NCBI GenBank assembly: GCA_031362565.1
Contig: JANLSU010000103.1
Coordinates: forward strand, 32,001-96,000
Source: a bacterium
GTDB lineage: Bacteria; Krumholzibacteriota; Krumholzibacteriia; G020349025
Direction: 5' to 3'
Length of the DNA: 64,000 bases
Shown: in pieces, positions 11,883 through 23,010 of the stretch
Position numbering within the stretch: the first letter of the stretch is position 1
Layout of the letters: the number at the start of each line of letters is the position of its first letter
Program-made: the position numbers and the translations under genes
Notes under the pieces: generated by a model
What the model was told of the DNA's origin: nothing
Databases searched by the model: none
Seen by the model: the letters and a program-made list of their open reading frames with translations, nothing else

Positions 11883-13886
11883 CTAGAGCTTGCGCTGGTA
11901 CCAGCCGAGGGTCCGTCGCAGGTGCTCGGCACGCGCGCGCGGCCGCCCGCTGCGCGTCAAGGCGTGCGATTCGCCAGGAAAACGCACGAATTCAACCTCG
12001 CGGCCCAGGACCCGGAGCGCCGTGAACAGCTCTTCGGACTGGCCAATCGGACAACGGTGATCCTGTTCCCCATGCAGCAAGAGGAGCGGGGTGCGGATCG
12101 CCCCGGCGCGCGCCAGGGGCGAAACCCGCCACCAGCGGTCGAACGAGTGCCATGGGAGCTGGCCCTCGAACTCAGGGAGGAGTTCGGGCCCGATGTCACA
12201 CGTCCCGAACATGGAGAACAGATTCGTGACCCCGCGCATCGAGACGGCGCACTTGAAGCGCTGCGTGTTGGCGATCGCCCAAGCGGTCAAGTAGCCGCCG
12301 TAGGAACCGCCCGCGACGGCGATCCGGGCGGCGTCGACGAACGGCAGCCGCTCGATGGTGTCGGTGACGCGCATCAAATCCTCATGATCCGAGTGGCCCC
12401 AGTTGCCGACCAGGGCGCGCATGAAATTGCGGCCGTAGCCGGCGCTGCCGCGCAGGTTGGTGAATACGACGTGATAGCCTTGGCTCGCGAGCATTTGAAA
12501 TTCGAAGAAAAAGCTCCAGCCGTACATCAGGTACGGACCGCCGTGAATCGCCACCACGGTAGGGCGGCGCTCCGGCGCTCCCGTTGCACGCAGGATCCAA
12601 CCGTGGACTTCGTGACCGGGCACACACTTGACGCGAATCTCTTCGGGCACGGGCAGGCGATAGCGGCGCAGCCAAGTGTTGAGCTTGGTGAGTTGCTTGA
12701 CACCGGCACCCGGGACCATGCGGCTTCGGCGCCCCGTTCCGCCGGCTGTAGCAACGAAGACGTCGCCGGGTTCGGTCGGCGTGCGCCGCACGAATGCCCA
12801 CCGGCTTGCCCCACGGCTCTGCGACAGTTGGCAAATGCCGTGGCGGCCGGCGGTGCGCGGCCGCGCGGCGCCGTTCGCGACCGTGACTTCCCACACCTGA
12901 GTTTCGCCACGCTGGCTCGCCAACACGAACAACCGGTCACCGCGCGGCGACCAGAGCGGTGCCGGCGGCGGTCCATCGACGTCGTCGACATCGGTGAGCA
13001 GCGAATCGCCGCACATGAGATCGGACGCCGCCATCAAGTCGCGTGGTTTGCCGCCGCTCGCGTCGACGATCCACACGTGCAGGTTCTCGACCGCATCGGG
13101 AAAGCCGCGGTGCCCCATGTAAGCGATGCGGCGCCCGTCGGGTGACCACGCCGGCGCATGCTTGGGACCCATAGCCGAGGTCAGGGCGCGGATCCGGCCG
13201 CCTGCGGCACCGACCACGTAGACGTCGGCGTGCGGCCGTTGCACATCGGCGCGCGCGCTGCGATTCGACACGAACGCCAGCTGGCGGCTGTCCGGCGACC
13301 ACGCCGGATCGGCGACATCGGCATCGCCTGAGGTGAGAGACCGTTTGCGGCCGGTCGCGAGATCGAGAACCATGAGTTGGCTGAACGCGCCATCGCGGAA
13401 ACCGCGGCCATCCTGTTTGTCATCGATGCGGGTCATGACGCGCGCGACGGGCACTTCGTCGGCGGTTCCGAGTTCGTCCATGCCGGGCAATGGCGTATGC
13501 AAGAACGCCACGCGGCGTCCATCGGGCGAGACGGAGACGGCGCGCGCGTTGCCGTCGACGATCGTGAGTTGTTCCACCTTGCCGGTCTCTATACGCAAGC
13601 GCCAGAGCCCAGTCGCGTCCACGAGCCGGGTGGCGAAGACGAGGGTTCGCGAATCCGGCGCCCAGGCCGGCGCACCCTCCGCATCGAGTTTCGGCACCGC
13701 GACGCGGACCGCGCCGGTCACGGCATCGACAACCCGTAACTCCTCGCGGTACGTGTGGCGCGACGCGGCAGTGGTCCGCTCCACGTAGGCGACCCAACGT
13801 CCATCCGGCGACAAGCGCGTGCCGTAGGGCACTCGCAACTGCAGGACATGACTCGGGGTGAGTTGGGATTGGCCGGAACGCGGCAT
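11883..13886 (-). CDS. S9 family prolyl oligopeptidase/acylaminoacyl peptidase
   Basis: WSPDG beta-propeller repeats, IHGGP, GGSYGG, HGEQD, GESH. Confidence 0.92.
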   Translation of the reverse strand: MPRSGQSQLTPSHVLQLRVPYGTRLSPDGRWVAYVERTTAASRHTYREELRVVDAVTGAVRVAVPKLDAEGAPAWAPDSRTLVFATRLVDATGLWRLRIETGKVEQLTIVDGNARAVSVSPDGRRVAFLHTPLPGMDELGTADEVPVARVMTRIDDKQDGRGFRDGAFSQLMVLDLATGRKRSLTSGDADVADPAWSPDSRQLAFVSNRSARADVQRPHADVYVVGAAGGRIRALTSAMGPKHAPAWSPDGRRIAYMGHRGFPDAVENLHVWIVDASGGKPRDLMAASDLMCGDSLLTDVDDVDGPPPAPLWSPRGDRLFVLASQRGETQVWEVTVANGAARPRTAGRHGICQLSQSRGASRWAFVRRTPTEPGDVFVATAGGTGRRSRMVPGAGVKQLTKLNTWLRRYRLPVPEEIRVKCVPGHEVHGWILRATGAPERRPTVVAIHGGPYLMYGWSFFFEFQMLASQGYHVVFTNLRGSAGYGRNFMRALVGNWGHSDHEDLMRVTDTIERLPFVDAARIAVAGGSYGGYLTAWAIANTQRFKCAVSMRGVTNLFSMFGTCDIGPELLPEFEGQLPWHSFDRWWRVSPLARAGAIRTPLLLLHGEQDHRCPIGQSEELFTALRVLGREVEFVRFPGESHALTRSGRPRARAEHLRRTLGWYQRKL

Positions 13887-13976
13887 GCGGGGAGCTCCTT
13901 CGAACAAGTTCGGGGGCGCGGGCGCGACAGCGCACGGTACCCGAGCCTGCAACTCGCACACAAGCCCGCGTTCGCT

Positions 13977-15221
13977 TTAGCGCGTTCCGATGACCGGCAG
14001 TGGCGTGGAGACCAGATGTTCGAGCACCGGCGTTGCGAGACTTCGCGCCGCGATGGCGTGCCCACGCATGTTCCAGTGGTTGTCGCTGCTGAGATACGGA
14101 TGGTCGCCGTGCGCGATGCGGGCGGCGAATTCGGGGGTCAGATCGAAGAACGGCAGGCCGGCGGCATCGGCGAGCCCCGCCAAGGTGCGGTTGGGGCGCT
14201 CGAAATCGAGTTTGGACGCATCGAGCCCGAAACGTGCGATCCAACGTTGGCGTGCGGCGGGGTCGACTTGCTGTTCGGCGGGAATCGCCACCACGAGTGC
14301 CGTTGCATGCTGGATGTCGCACCACAGTCGCAGCGCGCGGAGGGCGCTGCCGGTCGAATCGATTGCGGCCCGGAGATCGGCGCTCGGTTCGTCTTGCAAA
14401 GCGTCCGCGAAACCCTTGTCGTAGACGTAGTAGTCGAACGGCTTCGGCTCCGCCGATTCGCCCGGCTCGGCGGGGGTACGGGCGCGCCGCACCGGATGCA
14501 CGAGCCGCGCCTTCAGCAACAAGTACAACTCGGAGTGCGAGTGCAGCCAGAGACGCACTTGCCGGTGCCACGGACGAAACTCTTGCCGGAAGCCGGCGGC
14601 GGACGCTTCCAACATTTGATAGCCGTCCACGACCGTCATCCGCGTGCGGCCGGAGTTGTCGGTGAAGTCGTTGCCGAGATAGAACGCCAGCAGCACACCA
14701 TCCGGTCCGATCTCGCGTCCGAGCCGCCGGAGCATGCCGATCTCTTGCTCCGTTCCGTAACCATCCACACCGGCATTGACGACTTCGGCGTCGTGCCACG
14801 CCGGCCGTCCGGGTGCCGTGGGCAACGCGGCGAGTTGCCCGCGCAGTTCGACTTCGAGGCGCTTCACGAAGCAACTGTCGAGCGGGCCGGCGTGAATTCC
14901 GAGCGTGAACGAATCACCGAGAGCCAAAAGACGCAGGCGACCGGGCACCCGCGGTCCGATCTCGCGGTCGCGAATTCCGAGACTGTTGGTGCGCACGTCG
15001 CAGGTGAACTCCGCGGTGTGCACGTGCTTGGCGAACCTGGGCACCATGACGTAGCCGAGTTCAGCGTTCGGTTGGTGCAGGCCACGCAGCGCGACGGCGA
15101 GCGGGAAGTGCTGTGGCGCGATGCGCCGCACACACAGTTCGCAGACGACAAGCGCAACGGCCGTACCGGCTGCGGCCAGCAGAATGTTGGAGACGACGCG
15201 CAGGAGGACGTGGGAGCGCAT
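13977..15221 (-). CDS. SGNH/GDSL hydrolase-like protein (polysaccharide O-acetylation type)
   Basis: N-terminal TM, LGDSFT, NAGVDGYGT, GND, DNHWN. Confidence 0.85.
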   Translation of the reverse strand: MRSHVLLRVVSNILLAAAGTAVALVVCELCVRRIAPQHFPLAVALRGLHQPNAELGYVMVPRFAKHVHTAEFTCDVRTNSLGIRDREIGPRVPGRLRLLALGDSFTLGIHAGPLDSCFVKRLEVELRGQLAALPTAPGRPAWHDAEVVNAGVDGYGTEQEIGMLRRLGREIGPDGVLLAFYLGNDFTDNSGRTRMTVVDGYQMLEASAAGFRQEFRPWHRQVRLWLHSHSELYLLLKARLVHPVRRARTPAEPGESAEPKPFDYYVYDKGFADALQDEPSADLRAAIDSTGSALRALRLWCDIQHATALVVAIPAEQQVDPAARQRWIARFGLDASKLDFERPNRTLAGLADAAGLPFFDLTPEFAARIAHGDHPYLSSDNHWNMRGHAIAARSLATPVLEHLVSTPLPVIGTR

Positions 15222-15384
15222 GTCAGCGACCGCCGTCGGAGGGCGTGAACCTGAAACGCGATGAACGAGGCGAGCATACTCCGCTCTCCGAACGCCGTCG
15301 AGCCTCGCTCCCTTGACGCTCGGCAGGTCTTGCCCCTATACCCTTGGTCTACAAAGACGAGCCGGCCGTAAGGCAAGGCTCGAT

Positions 15385-15459
15385 CCGTTAGGGGTGGCCG
15401 AAAGGCCTGAGACCAAACCCTTCGAACCTGACCTGGGTCATACCAGCGTAGGGAAACGG
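15385..15459 (+). ncRNA. TPP (thi-box) riboswitch aptamer
   Basis: GGGGTG...CTGAGA...ACCCTT-GAACCTGA-C-GG-T-ATACCAGCGTAGGGAA consensus; P1 CCGTT(15385-89)/AACGG(15455-59). Confidence 0.95.
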
Positions 15460-15482
15460 GCCAAGATCCTCAGGTACCCACA

Positions 15483-15506
15483 GCTGCCTCTCGGGTGGCG
15501 TTTTTT
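15483..15506 (+). terminator. Intrinsic terminator, likely the riboswitch expression platform
   Basis: GCTGCC-TCTCG-GGTGGC hairpin followed by GTTTTTT, between aptamer and start codon. Confidence 0.6.
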
Positions 15507-15555
15507 CAAGCCAACGTCCGGCGCCAATCGGCCGGTCGAACCGAGGGGGATCGCG

Positions 15556-17967
15556 TTGTCGCGTCATGCCGTTTTGTTCATGCTCGTTGCTGCGGCGCTC
15601 GCTGGTCGAGCCCGCGCCGACACACTCCAGGGCCGGGTTGTGGACCGCGTCACCGGCGCCCCGGTGGCGGCGGTGGAAGTGCGTGTGATCGGCGCGCCGC
15701 GCGTCGTGCTCACGAACCAGGCCGGCGAATTCACGGTTGCCGATGTCTCGGACAGTGATCTCGAAATCGAACTGCTGCGCTTCGGCTACCTGCCGGCGCA
15801 CCAGCGGGTGTCCCGCGCCGGCGTCGCGAGCAGTGGCGGAACACTCGAAGTGCGCCTCGAACCGCTCGCGTTCCAGGAGGATCCCGTCATCGTCAGCGCG
15901 GCGCGCGTGCAGCGGCGCGAAAGTCCGATTCCGCACTCGGAGTTGACGCACGCCGAACTTCAGGAGCGCTATACGACGCAGGATCTGCCGGTGCTCTTGG
16001 CGGCGCTGCCGTCCTCGATCTACTACTCGGAAAGCGGCAATGGCATCGGTTACAACTACCTGACGTTGCGCGGCTTTGACCAGCGGCGCATCTCGGTGCT
16101 GGTGAATGGTGTGCCGCAGAACGACCCCGAGGACCAAAACGTCTACTGGCTCGATTTCCCGGACCTCGCCGCCAACTTGCAGGACGTGCAGGTGCAACGC
16201 GGTGCGGGCAGTGGCTTCTACGGACCACCGGCCATTGGCGGCGCGGTCAATCTCGCAACGGCGGCCTTCGATCCGCAGCCGGGCGTCCGCGTGCAAACCG
16301 GTGCAGGGAGTTTCGGCACCCGCAAGTCGTCGTTGCAGTTGAATTCCGGGCTGGTGAACGGCGTCTATGCTTTTTCGGGCCGTTATTCGCGGCTTCTCTC
16401 GGACGGCTACCGGCAAGACTCCTGGACCGACTTCACGTCATTCTTCTTTGGCGCGGCGCGCTACGACGCCCACCTGACGACGCGCATCCACGTCTACGGC
16501 GGGCCGCTGTCGGATGGCTTGGCCTACTACGGCGTGCCGGGCACCGCGGTGCACGATCGCGTCGCGCGCCGCCAGAATGCCCTCGCAGGCGGCGCCCAGA
16601 TCGAGAATTTCTCTCAACCACACTACGAATTGCTGAGCGAATGGCGGCCGAATGCCAAGGTGCGGGTCGTGAACACGCTCTTCTACGTGCAAGGTGACGG
16701 CTTCTTCGACTTCGACGGTTCGTTCGCCGACACGACGTACTATCGCCTGACCGGCGCGTACGGATTCCGCCCGGCGACGAATCCCGGGCGGTCGCTCATT
16801 CGGGCTTCGGTTGCCAACAAGCAGGCCGGCTGGCTGCCGCGAGTCGAATGGCAGCATGCGAACGGCGAACTGACGGTTGGTGCCGAACTGCGCCGGCACC
16901 GCTCCGATCACTGGGGCCAGATCCGCTGGGCCGAAGCCCTGCCGGCGGGCCTCGATCCCGAGCGCAAGTACTATCGCTATCGCGGCGGCAAGGACATTCT
17001 GGGCGCCTATGCGCACGAAGTGCTGCACGCGACCGAACGCTTGCAAGTGACCGGCGATCTGCAGCTCGTCTACGACCGCTATCGGATTTTCGACGAGGAT
17101 TTCGCCGCCACGACGTTCGCCCAGCCGTATGTGTTCGCGAATCCACGCTTCGGCGTCAACTACAACGCCAACCAGTCGCTGCACGGCTACGCGAGTTACG
17201 GCTACGTGCAGCGCGAGCCGCGGCTAAAGAATCTCTATGACGCCGCCGAATCGAGCGGCGGCGCCACACCGCAATACGACACCTTGTCCGGCGGCGGGGT
17301 CGATTTCGATCAGCCATTGGTGCATCCCGAAAAGTTGCACGACTTCGAATTAGGCGCCGGCTGGCGCCAAGGCACCCGCGCCACTGCGGCGGTGAATCTG
17401 TTCTGGATGGATTTTCACGACGAGATCGTCTCCAACGGCCAGCTCGACCGTTTCGGGCAACCGGTCACCGGCAACGCCGCGCGCTCGGTGCATCGCGGCA
17501 TCGAGTTGGAAGCCCGTGTCCGGCCGGTTGCGGCGTTCGAAGTCGAGGGCAATCTGTCTTGGAGCCAAAACCGGTTCCGCGACCACCGTGTCTTCGTGGA
17601 CGCCGGCGGCAGTGCGATTCCGGCCGGCGTGCAACTGGGCGGCAACGAGATTGCAGGCTTCCCGAGTTTGGTTTCCAACTTGCGCGGCACGCTCCGTGGG
17701 CACGGCGCGACTGTGGCACTCGCCGCCCGTGGCGTCGGTGAGTTCTTCACGACCAACTTCGAAAACGCCAGTGAACGCGTCCCCGGGCACTTCGTATTGG
17801 ATGCCGAGGCCGCGTACGAACTGCCGTTCGCGACCCTGCGCCGCACGCGGCTCCAATTGCAGGTGCGCAACGTGCTCGACCAGTTGTACGTGCTGCACGG
17901 TGAGGGCGATCAGTTCTTCCCGGCCGCAACTCGCAATTTCTTTGCCAGCGTCGAGTTCGGCCTGTAA
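15556..17967 (+). CDS. TonB-dependent receptor, probably a thiamine or thiamine-precursor transporter
   Basis: CarboxypepD-reg-like N-terminus, plug (LTLRGFDQRRISVLVNGVPQND, VQRGAG...GGAVN), barrel ending RNFFASVEFGL; TTG start after GAGGGGG; TPP riboswitch upstream. Confidence 0.9.
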   Translation: MSRHAVLFMLVAAALAGRARADTLQGRVVDRVTGAPVAAVEVRVIGAPRVVLTNQAGEFTVADVSDSDLEIELLRFGYLPAHQRVSRAGVASSGGTLEVRLEPLAFQEDPVIVSAARVQRRESPIPHSELTHAELQERYTTQDLPVLLAALPSSIYYSESGNGIGYNYLTLRGFDQRRISVLVNGVPQNDPEDQNVYWLDFPDLAANLQDVQVQRGAGSGFYGPPAIGGAVNLATAAFDPQPGVRVQTGAGSFGTRKSSLQLNSGLVNGVYAFSGRYSRLLSDGYRQDSWTDFTSFFFGAARYDAHLTTRIHVYGGPLSDGLAYYGVPGTAVHDRVARRQNALAGGAQIENFSQPHYELLSEWRPNAKVRVVNTLFYVQGDGFFDFDGSFADTTYYRLTGAYGFRPATNPGRSLIRASVANKQAGWLPRVEWQHANGELTVGAELRRHRSDHWGQIRWAEALPAGLDPERKYYRYRGGKDILGAYAHEVLHATERLQVTGDLQLVYDRYRIFDEDFAATTFAQPYVFANPRFGVNYNANQSLHGYASYGYVQREPRLKNLYDAAESSGGATPQYDTLSGGGVDFDQPLVHPEKLHDFELGAGWRQGTRATAAVNLFWMDFHDEIVSNGQLDRFGQPVTGNAARSVHRGIELEARVRPVAAFEVEGNLSWSQNRFRDHRVFVDAGGSAIPAGVQLGGNEIAGFPSLVSNLRGTLRGHGATVALAARGVGEFFTTNFENASERVPGHFVLDAEAAYELPFATLRRTRLQLQVRNVLDQLYVLHGEGDQFFPAATRNFFASVEFGL

Positions 17968-17971
17968 GGCG

Positions 17972-19054
17972 TCACGCCGAGCCGGCCTCGAAGGCATTGA
18001 ATGCGTCGCGGTAGAGCCCGCCCAGCCGCTCCCACGAATAGTCGTGGGCGGCGGTGTGGGTGGCTTGCCGCATGCGGTCGCGCTCCGCGGCCGGCATTTC
18101 GACAAACCGCCGCATAGCGTCGCCGACTTCGTTCGCATCGCGCAGGAAGATGCCGATGGCCTGTTTCTCGAAGTCCACGACGTTGCCCTCGGACTTGATG
18201 ATGATCGGCAACTCGAAAGCCAACGCCAAGTAGATGGCCGAACAGGTCTCGATGTACTTGTACGGCGCGACGAAGCAATCGGCGGCGCGCAGATAGACCT
18301 GGATGTCGTCGTCCGGCACATAGCCGAGCGCCAGGTGCACGTGCGGAGTGTCGCGGGCTTGGGTTTCGAGCCCGGCTTGGAATTCGGGCGAATAGGGTTT
18401 GCCGGCGATGAGCAGCCACGTGTCCGGCGCCGTGCGCTGCACGGTCGCGAAGGCGTCCAGCAGAATGTCGACGCCTTTGTACGGCCGCACGTTGCCGAAG
18501 AAGACGAAGACCGTCGCCGCTGCCGGAATCCCGAGCCGGGCCCGGGCGTCGGCGCGCGACACGCGATCCTCATAGGCGCCCGCGTAGCTGCCGATCGGAA
18601 TCGTGTAGGCATGCCGCTTACGCCCCCAGCGCCGCTCGGCTTCGGCGCGCACGTCCGGGGTGTGAAAGAAGACGATCGATGCGAGGTTCCACAACATGCG
18701 TCGCGATGCCATGTGCAGCCAATTGAGCTGCTCGGCATCGTGGACGTGCACCTCGTGCACGGTCCAAATGATCTTGTAGCCGCGCGCCACGAGCGCCAGC
18801 CACACGAGATGGGTCACGATGTAGTGTTTGAGCCCGAACAATCGCGTCCAGGCCCGGGGCCGCAGAGTAAAGAACACTTCCGGCCAATGGAAATGCACGT
18901 AGTGGAACCGGTCGCGCCGCCGGTGGGTGAGCACCCAGCGGAGCGAAAACGGAAACTGCTCGTAATGCAGCCCGATCGTCGCCAAGGCGCGGTACAGGAG
19001 CACGGTATAGACGTTGCCCGATTCCTGGCTGGGCAGCATCGTGATCCGGCTCAA
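17972..19054 (-). CDS. Glycosyltransferase family 4 (GT-B)
   Basis: HFHWPE, FFGNVRPYKGVD, LRAADCFVAPY; TTG start overlaps the upstream TGA, with a GGAGG RBS. Confidence 0.88.
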   Translation of the reverse strand: MSRITMLPSQESGNVYTVLLYRALATIGLHYEQFPFSLRWVLTHRRRDRFHYVHFHWPEVFFTLRPRAWTRLFGLKHYIVTHLVWLALVARGYKIIWTVHEVHVHDAEQLNWLHMASRRMLWNLASIVFFHTPDVRAEAERRWGRKRHAYTIPIGSYAGAYEDRVSRADARARLGIPAAATVFVFFGNVRPYKGVDILLDAFATVQRTAPDTWLLIAGKPYSPEFQAGLETQARDTPHVHLALGYVPDDDIQVYLRAADCFVAPYKYIETCSAIYLALAFELPIIIKSEGNVVDFEKQAIGIFLRDANEVGDAMRRFVEMPAAERDRMRQATHTAAHDYSWERLGGLYRDAFNAFEAGSA

Positions 19055-19998
19055 GTCGTAGCCTCCGCCGCAATCCGCGCCCGCCAATCGGCCATGATGT
19101 CGTCGAGCGTCGTGTCGATCGCGTACTCGGGCTGCCAGCCGGTGCGGGCATGCAGGCGTGCCGGGTCGCCGGCCAGCACCGGCAGATCGCTCGGCCGCCA
19201 GCGTTCGGGATCGACTTCGGAGCGCAGTGGCACGCGGGCGCGACGTATGAGACCGTCCAGCAGATCGCCAATGCGCGCCGCTTCACCGCGGCAGACGTTG
19301 TAGACCGTGGCTGGTTCGCCGTGTTCGGCGAGCAGCGCATACGCCCGCACGACGTCACGCACGTCGAGGAAATCACGCCACACGTCCAGGTTGCCGACCC
19401 GCAGGAGTGGTGGTTGCCCGCCGCGTTCGATCGCCGCAATCTGGCGCGCGAAACCCGGTAACACGAATCGATCGCTTTGGCCGGGGCCGCTATGGTTGAA
19501 ACTGCGGACGAGCACGACGTTGAGTCCGTGGCTGGCCGCATACTGCAGCGCCAACATCCCTTGGGCGGCTTTGCTGACGGCGTAGGGACTTTGCGGCCGC
19601 AACGGTGCGGTCTCGGCGATGGGCTGGTGTTCGCGGTCGACGGCGCCGTACTCCTCCGCCGATCCCACCACCACGATCCGCGCCTGCGGCGCCTTGGCGC
19701 GCATCGCCTCGAGCACGTTGCACGTGCCGGTCAGGTTGACGTGCAGCACCTCTTGCGGATGGGCGAATGAATAGGCGACCGAAGAGAGGCCAGCCAGATG
19801 GAAGATCCAGTCCGGCCGCGCCGCATCGACCAGCGCCACGACGGCCGCAACGTCCAAAAGATCGGCGCGGATATGGCGTTCGCCGCCCATGCCGTCGGCG
19901 CGATCCGTCGTCCACACCTCGTGACCCGCGCCCGTGAGCCGCGCCACGAGGTGCGGCCCCACGAAGCCCGAGGCTCCGGTCACGAGACAGCGCCGCAC
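19051..19998 (-). CDS. rmd: GDP-4-keto-6-deoxy-D-mannose reductase-like extended SDR
   Basis: GASGFVG, GSAEEYG, YAVSK, FNHSGPGQ, GNLDVWRDFLDVRD; directly downstream of gmd. Confidence 0.8.
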   Translation of the reverse strand: MRRCLVTGASGFVGPHLVARLTGAGHEVWTTDRADGMGGERHIRADLLDVAAVVALVDAARPDWIFHLAGLSSVAYSFAHPQEVLHVNLTGTCNVLEAMRAKAPQARIVVVGSAEEYGAVDREHQPIAETAPLRPQSPYAVSKAAQGMLALQYAASHGLNVVLVRSFNHSGPGQSDRFVLPGFARQIAAIERGGQPPLLRVGNLDVWRDFLDVRDVVRAYALLAEHGEPATVYNVCRGEAARIGDLLDGLIRRARVPLRSEVDPERWRPSDLPVLAGDPARLHARTGWQPEYAIDTTLDDIMADWRARIAAEATT

Positions 19999-19999
19999 G

Positions 20000-20959
20000 T
20001 CAGCGCCTCAAGCGATCGAGGTCGGCGCGGACCATCATCTCGACGAGTTGCGGCAGATCCACCTCGGCGCGCCATCCGAAGGCCTTCTTGGCGCTCGAAC
20101 AGTCGCCGATGAGCTGGTTGACTTCCGCCGGCCGTACGAAGCGCGGATCGACGACCACATGTTTTTCCCAATCGAGTCCGGCGGCTTCGAACGCCAGGCG
20201 CGCGAACTCGCGCACGGTGTGCGTTGCGCCGGTCGCGATGACGAAATCCTGCGGTGTGTCGAGCTGCAGCATCTGCCACATGCCGCGCACGTAGTCGCCG
20301 GCAAAACCCCAGTCGCGTTCGGCGTCCAGGTTGCCGAGCGCCAGTTCCTTGGCGAGGCCGGCCTTGATGCGCGCCGCGCCGTCGGTGATCTTGCGGGTCA
20401 CGAACTCGAGGCCGCGGCGCGGCGATTCGTGATTGAACAAGATCCCCGAACTGACATACATGTTGTAGCTCTCGCGATAGTTCACGGCGATGTAATGGCC
20501 GTACACCTTGGCGACGCCATAGGGGCTCCGCGGCGCGAACGGTGTCGTTTCACGCTGTGGCGATTCGCCGGCATTGCCGAACATCTCGCTGGACGATGCT
20601 TGATAGAAGCGTGCCTCGGGCGCCATCATGCGCGCCGCTTCGAGCAGGCGCGTGACACCCAGCGCCGTGAACTCGCCGGTCAGGACCGGCTGGTTCCAGG
20701 ACGTCTGCACGAACGACTGTGCCGCCAGGTTGTAGATCTCGTGCGGCCGAGCGGCCCGCACTGCTTCCAGCAACGAATTTTGATCCAAGAGATCGCCTTG
20801 CAAGAGTTGCAGGCGATCTTGGATATGCTCGATGCGCTCGAAGTTGAGGGTGCTGCTCCGGCGTACGAGGCCATACACCTCGTAGCCCTTGTCGAGCAGG
20901 AACTCGGCGAGGTACGAACCGTCCTGTCCGGTGATGCCGGTGACCAGGGCCCGTTTCAC
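20000..20959 (-). CDS. gmd: GDP-mannose 4,6-dehydratase
   Basis: [53 protein letters not shown]. Confidence 0.97.
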   Translation of the reverse strand: MKRALVTGITGQDGSYLAEFLLDKGYEVYGLVRRSSTLNFERIEHIQDRLQLLQGDLLDQNSLLEAVRAARPHEIYNLAAQSFVQTSWNQPVLTGEFTALGVTRLLEAARMMAPEARFYQASSSEMFGNAGESPQRETTPFAPRSPYGVAKVYGHYIAVNYRESYNMYVSSGILFNHESPRRGLEFVTRKITDGAARIKAGLAKELALGNLDAERDWGFAGDYVRGMWQMLQLDTPQDFVIATGATHTVREFARLAFEAAGLDWEKHVVVDPRFVRPAEVNQLIGDCSSAKKAFGWRAEVDLPQLVEMMVRADLDRLRR

Positions 20960-21077
20960 GGGGACCTCCGCTCGGGAAAAAACGTCATCGGGAAAGCGCG
21001 GACGGCGGCAAGCTCCGCGCAACCGCACGCGAACACGCCAGCATAGCACACAGGCCGCGATACGGCCGCGGTCGTGG

Positions 21078-22928
21078 TCATTTCTTCGGGGCGCCGAGCG
21101 TTGCCTGCAGATCCTTGAGAGCGCCGGCTCGCAACACCGTGATCTTGAGCGTTTCGCCCGGTTGGTGCGTCTTCAGCACATGCGTGTAGTCGTAGATGTT
21201 GCCGATCGTCATCGCGTCGATCTTGACGATGAGGTCGCCACCCTGCAAGCCGGCTTTGTCCGCCGGACCGCCGGCACGCACGCCGGAAAGCAACACGCCC
21301 TTCAGGTTCTCGTCTTGGCTGTAGTCGGGAATGGTGCCGAGGTAACTGCCGAAGGAACTGCCGCCGCCGTCGCCACTCGATGGCGCCGGTCCGGTCGCTG
21401 CCGCGAACGTCAGCGGCTTGTCCTGCACCGCACGAGCGACCTCGGTCACGAACGCCGCTACTTCCGAGAGGCCGTCGTAGTTCACCAGCGCCGCATCATC
21501 GGTCGGCTTGTGGTAGTCGGTGTGTGCGCCGGTGAAGAAGTGCAGCACCGGGACGTTTTTCTCGAAGAACGACATGTGGTCGGACGGCCCGTAACCGTCG
21601 CCTTTCATGGTCAATTGGAACTTAGGTCCGGCGGTGTTGGCGGCGTCCACCAGGGCGTTGAACTCCTTCGCCGTGTCCGTGCCGTACACCATGAGCTTGC
21701 GATCGCGCAGCCGTCCCACCATGTCCATATTGAGCATCGCGGTCGTGAACTCGAGCGGCACGCTTGGCTGCTTGACGTAATGCCCCGAGCCCACGAGCCC
21801 GAGTTCTTCACCGGAAAATGCCGCGAACAGGATCGACTGCGCCGGCTTGGGTCCGGCCGCGAAATCGCGCGCGATGGCCAGGAGTGCCGCGGTGCCGGAC
21901 GCGTTGTCATCCGCACCGTTGTGGATCTCATGCGCATCCGGCGCCAGCGAGTTCTCGCCGCCCATCCCGAGATGGTCGTAGTGCGCGCCGATGACCAGCA
22001 CATGATGCGGGTCGAGCCCTGGCAACAGCGCCAGCACATTGCGCAATCGGGTGCGTTGCTTCGCGAGTCCCACGGCCCAGTCGGCATCGCCGACCACGAT
22101 GGCTTCACCGAGCGGCTTGCCGCCTTGGTCGATGCGCTTCTGCAAGGCGGCGATGTCGATTCCTGGGGCGGCCTTCGCGAGCGCGTCGCGCCCGATCTGG
22201 CCGCAGGGGATGCCGGTGGAGTAGTAGCCGGTGTCGGCGCGTAGTTTGCCGAGCCGGTCGGGTTCGCCGCTCGCGGGCCCGGTCACAACCAGCATGCCGA
22301 CGGCGCCCGCTTCGCGCGCCTCGATGGCCTTGCGACGCAAGTCGGCGGCGGGCACGAGTTGGGCTTGCAATGCATTCGCCGAATCGGCGTGACCAGGCTC
22401 GAAGCGCAGCACGAGGACGATCTTGCCTTTGACGTCGAGCCCCGCGTAATCGTCGTAGTGCGTCTTGGGAGCGCGAATGCCATAGCCGGCAAACACCACC
22501 GGCGCCTCGACCGCGCTGCTTTCCGCGAATCCGTACGCCATCCAGTCGCGATTGAGCTCGAGATCGTGGCCGGCGATGCGGAGCGCGTTGCGGCCCTCGG
22601 GCCGCACGCCGATCGTCACCTCGAAGCCCTGGAAATAAGTGTCGCCGTCGCCTGCAGGTTCGAGTCCGGCGGCTTTGAAGCGCGCCGCGATGTATTCCGC
22701 TGCCGCATCCAAACCCGGCGTGCCGGGGCCACGTCCTTGCAGCCGGTCGGCGGCGAGATACCCCACCATGGCGCGCAGTGAGTCGGGCGCAAAGGCGTTC
22801 GGTACGGCGATCGTCGCACCGGCCATGGACCCGAACCCCCAAACCCCGGCGCCAAAGAGTGCGCCGGCAAGGACGGCGGCAGCATGTCGCGGGGCCACGA
22901 AATCACGGCGCCTGGGGACGGCTTGCAT
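21078..22928 (-). CDS. M28 aminopeptidase with PA and C-terminal PDZ domain
   Basis: [47 protein letters not shown]...[11 protein letters not shown]. Confidence 0.93.
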   Translation of the reverse strand: MQAVPRRRDFVAPRHAAAVLAGALFGAGVWGFGSMAGATIAVPNAFAPDSLRAMVGYLAADRLQGRGPGTPGLDAAAEYIAARFKAAGLEPAGDGDTYFQGFEVTIGVRPEGRNALRIAGHDLELNRDWMAYGFAESSAVEAPVVFAGYGIRAPKTHYDDYAGLDVKGKIVLVLRFEPGHADSANALQAQLVPAADLRRKAIEAREAGAVGMLVVTGPASGEPDRLGKLRADTGYYSTGIPCGQIGRDALAKAAPGIDIAALQKRIDQGGKPLGEAIVVGDADWAVGLAKQRTRLRNVLALLPGLDPHHVLVIGAHYDHLGMGGENSLAPDAHEIHNGADDNASGTAALLAIARDFAAGPKPAQSILFAAFSGEELGLVGSGHYVKQPSVPLEFTTAMLNMDMVGRLRDRKLMVYGTDTAKEFNALVDAANTAGPKFQLTMKGDGYGPSDHMSFFEKNVPVLHFFTGAHTDYHKPTDDAALVNYDGLSEVAAFVTEVARAVQDKPLTFAAATGPAPSSGDGGGSSFGSYLGTIPDYSQDENLKGVLLSGVRAGGPADKAGLQGGDLIVKIDAMTIGNIYDYTHVLKTHQPGETLKITVLRAGALKDLQATLGAPKK

Positions 22929-23010
22929 CGTTTCTCCTTTGGGGACCGGCACGGCGGAAAAGAGCGCGCCAGTATAACACTGGGTGGCGCGTCCCGCGTA
23001 CAATGCGCCG

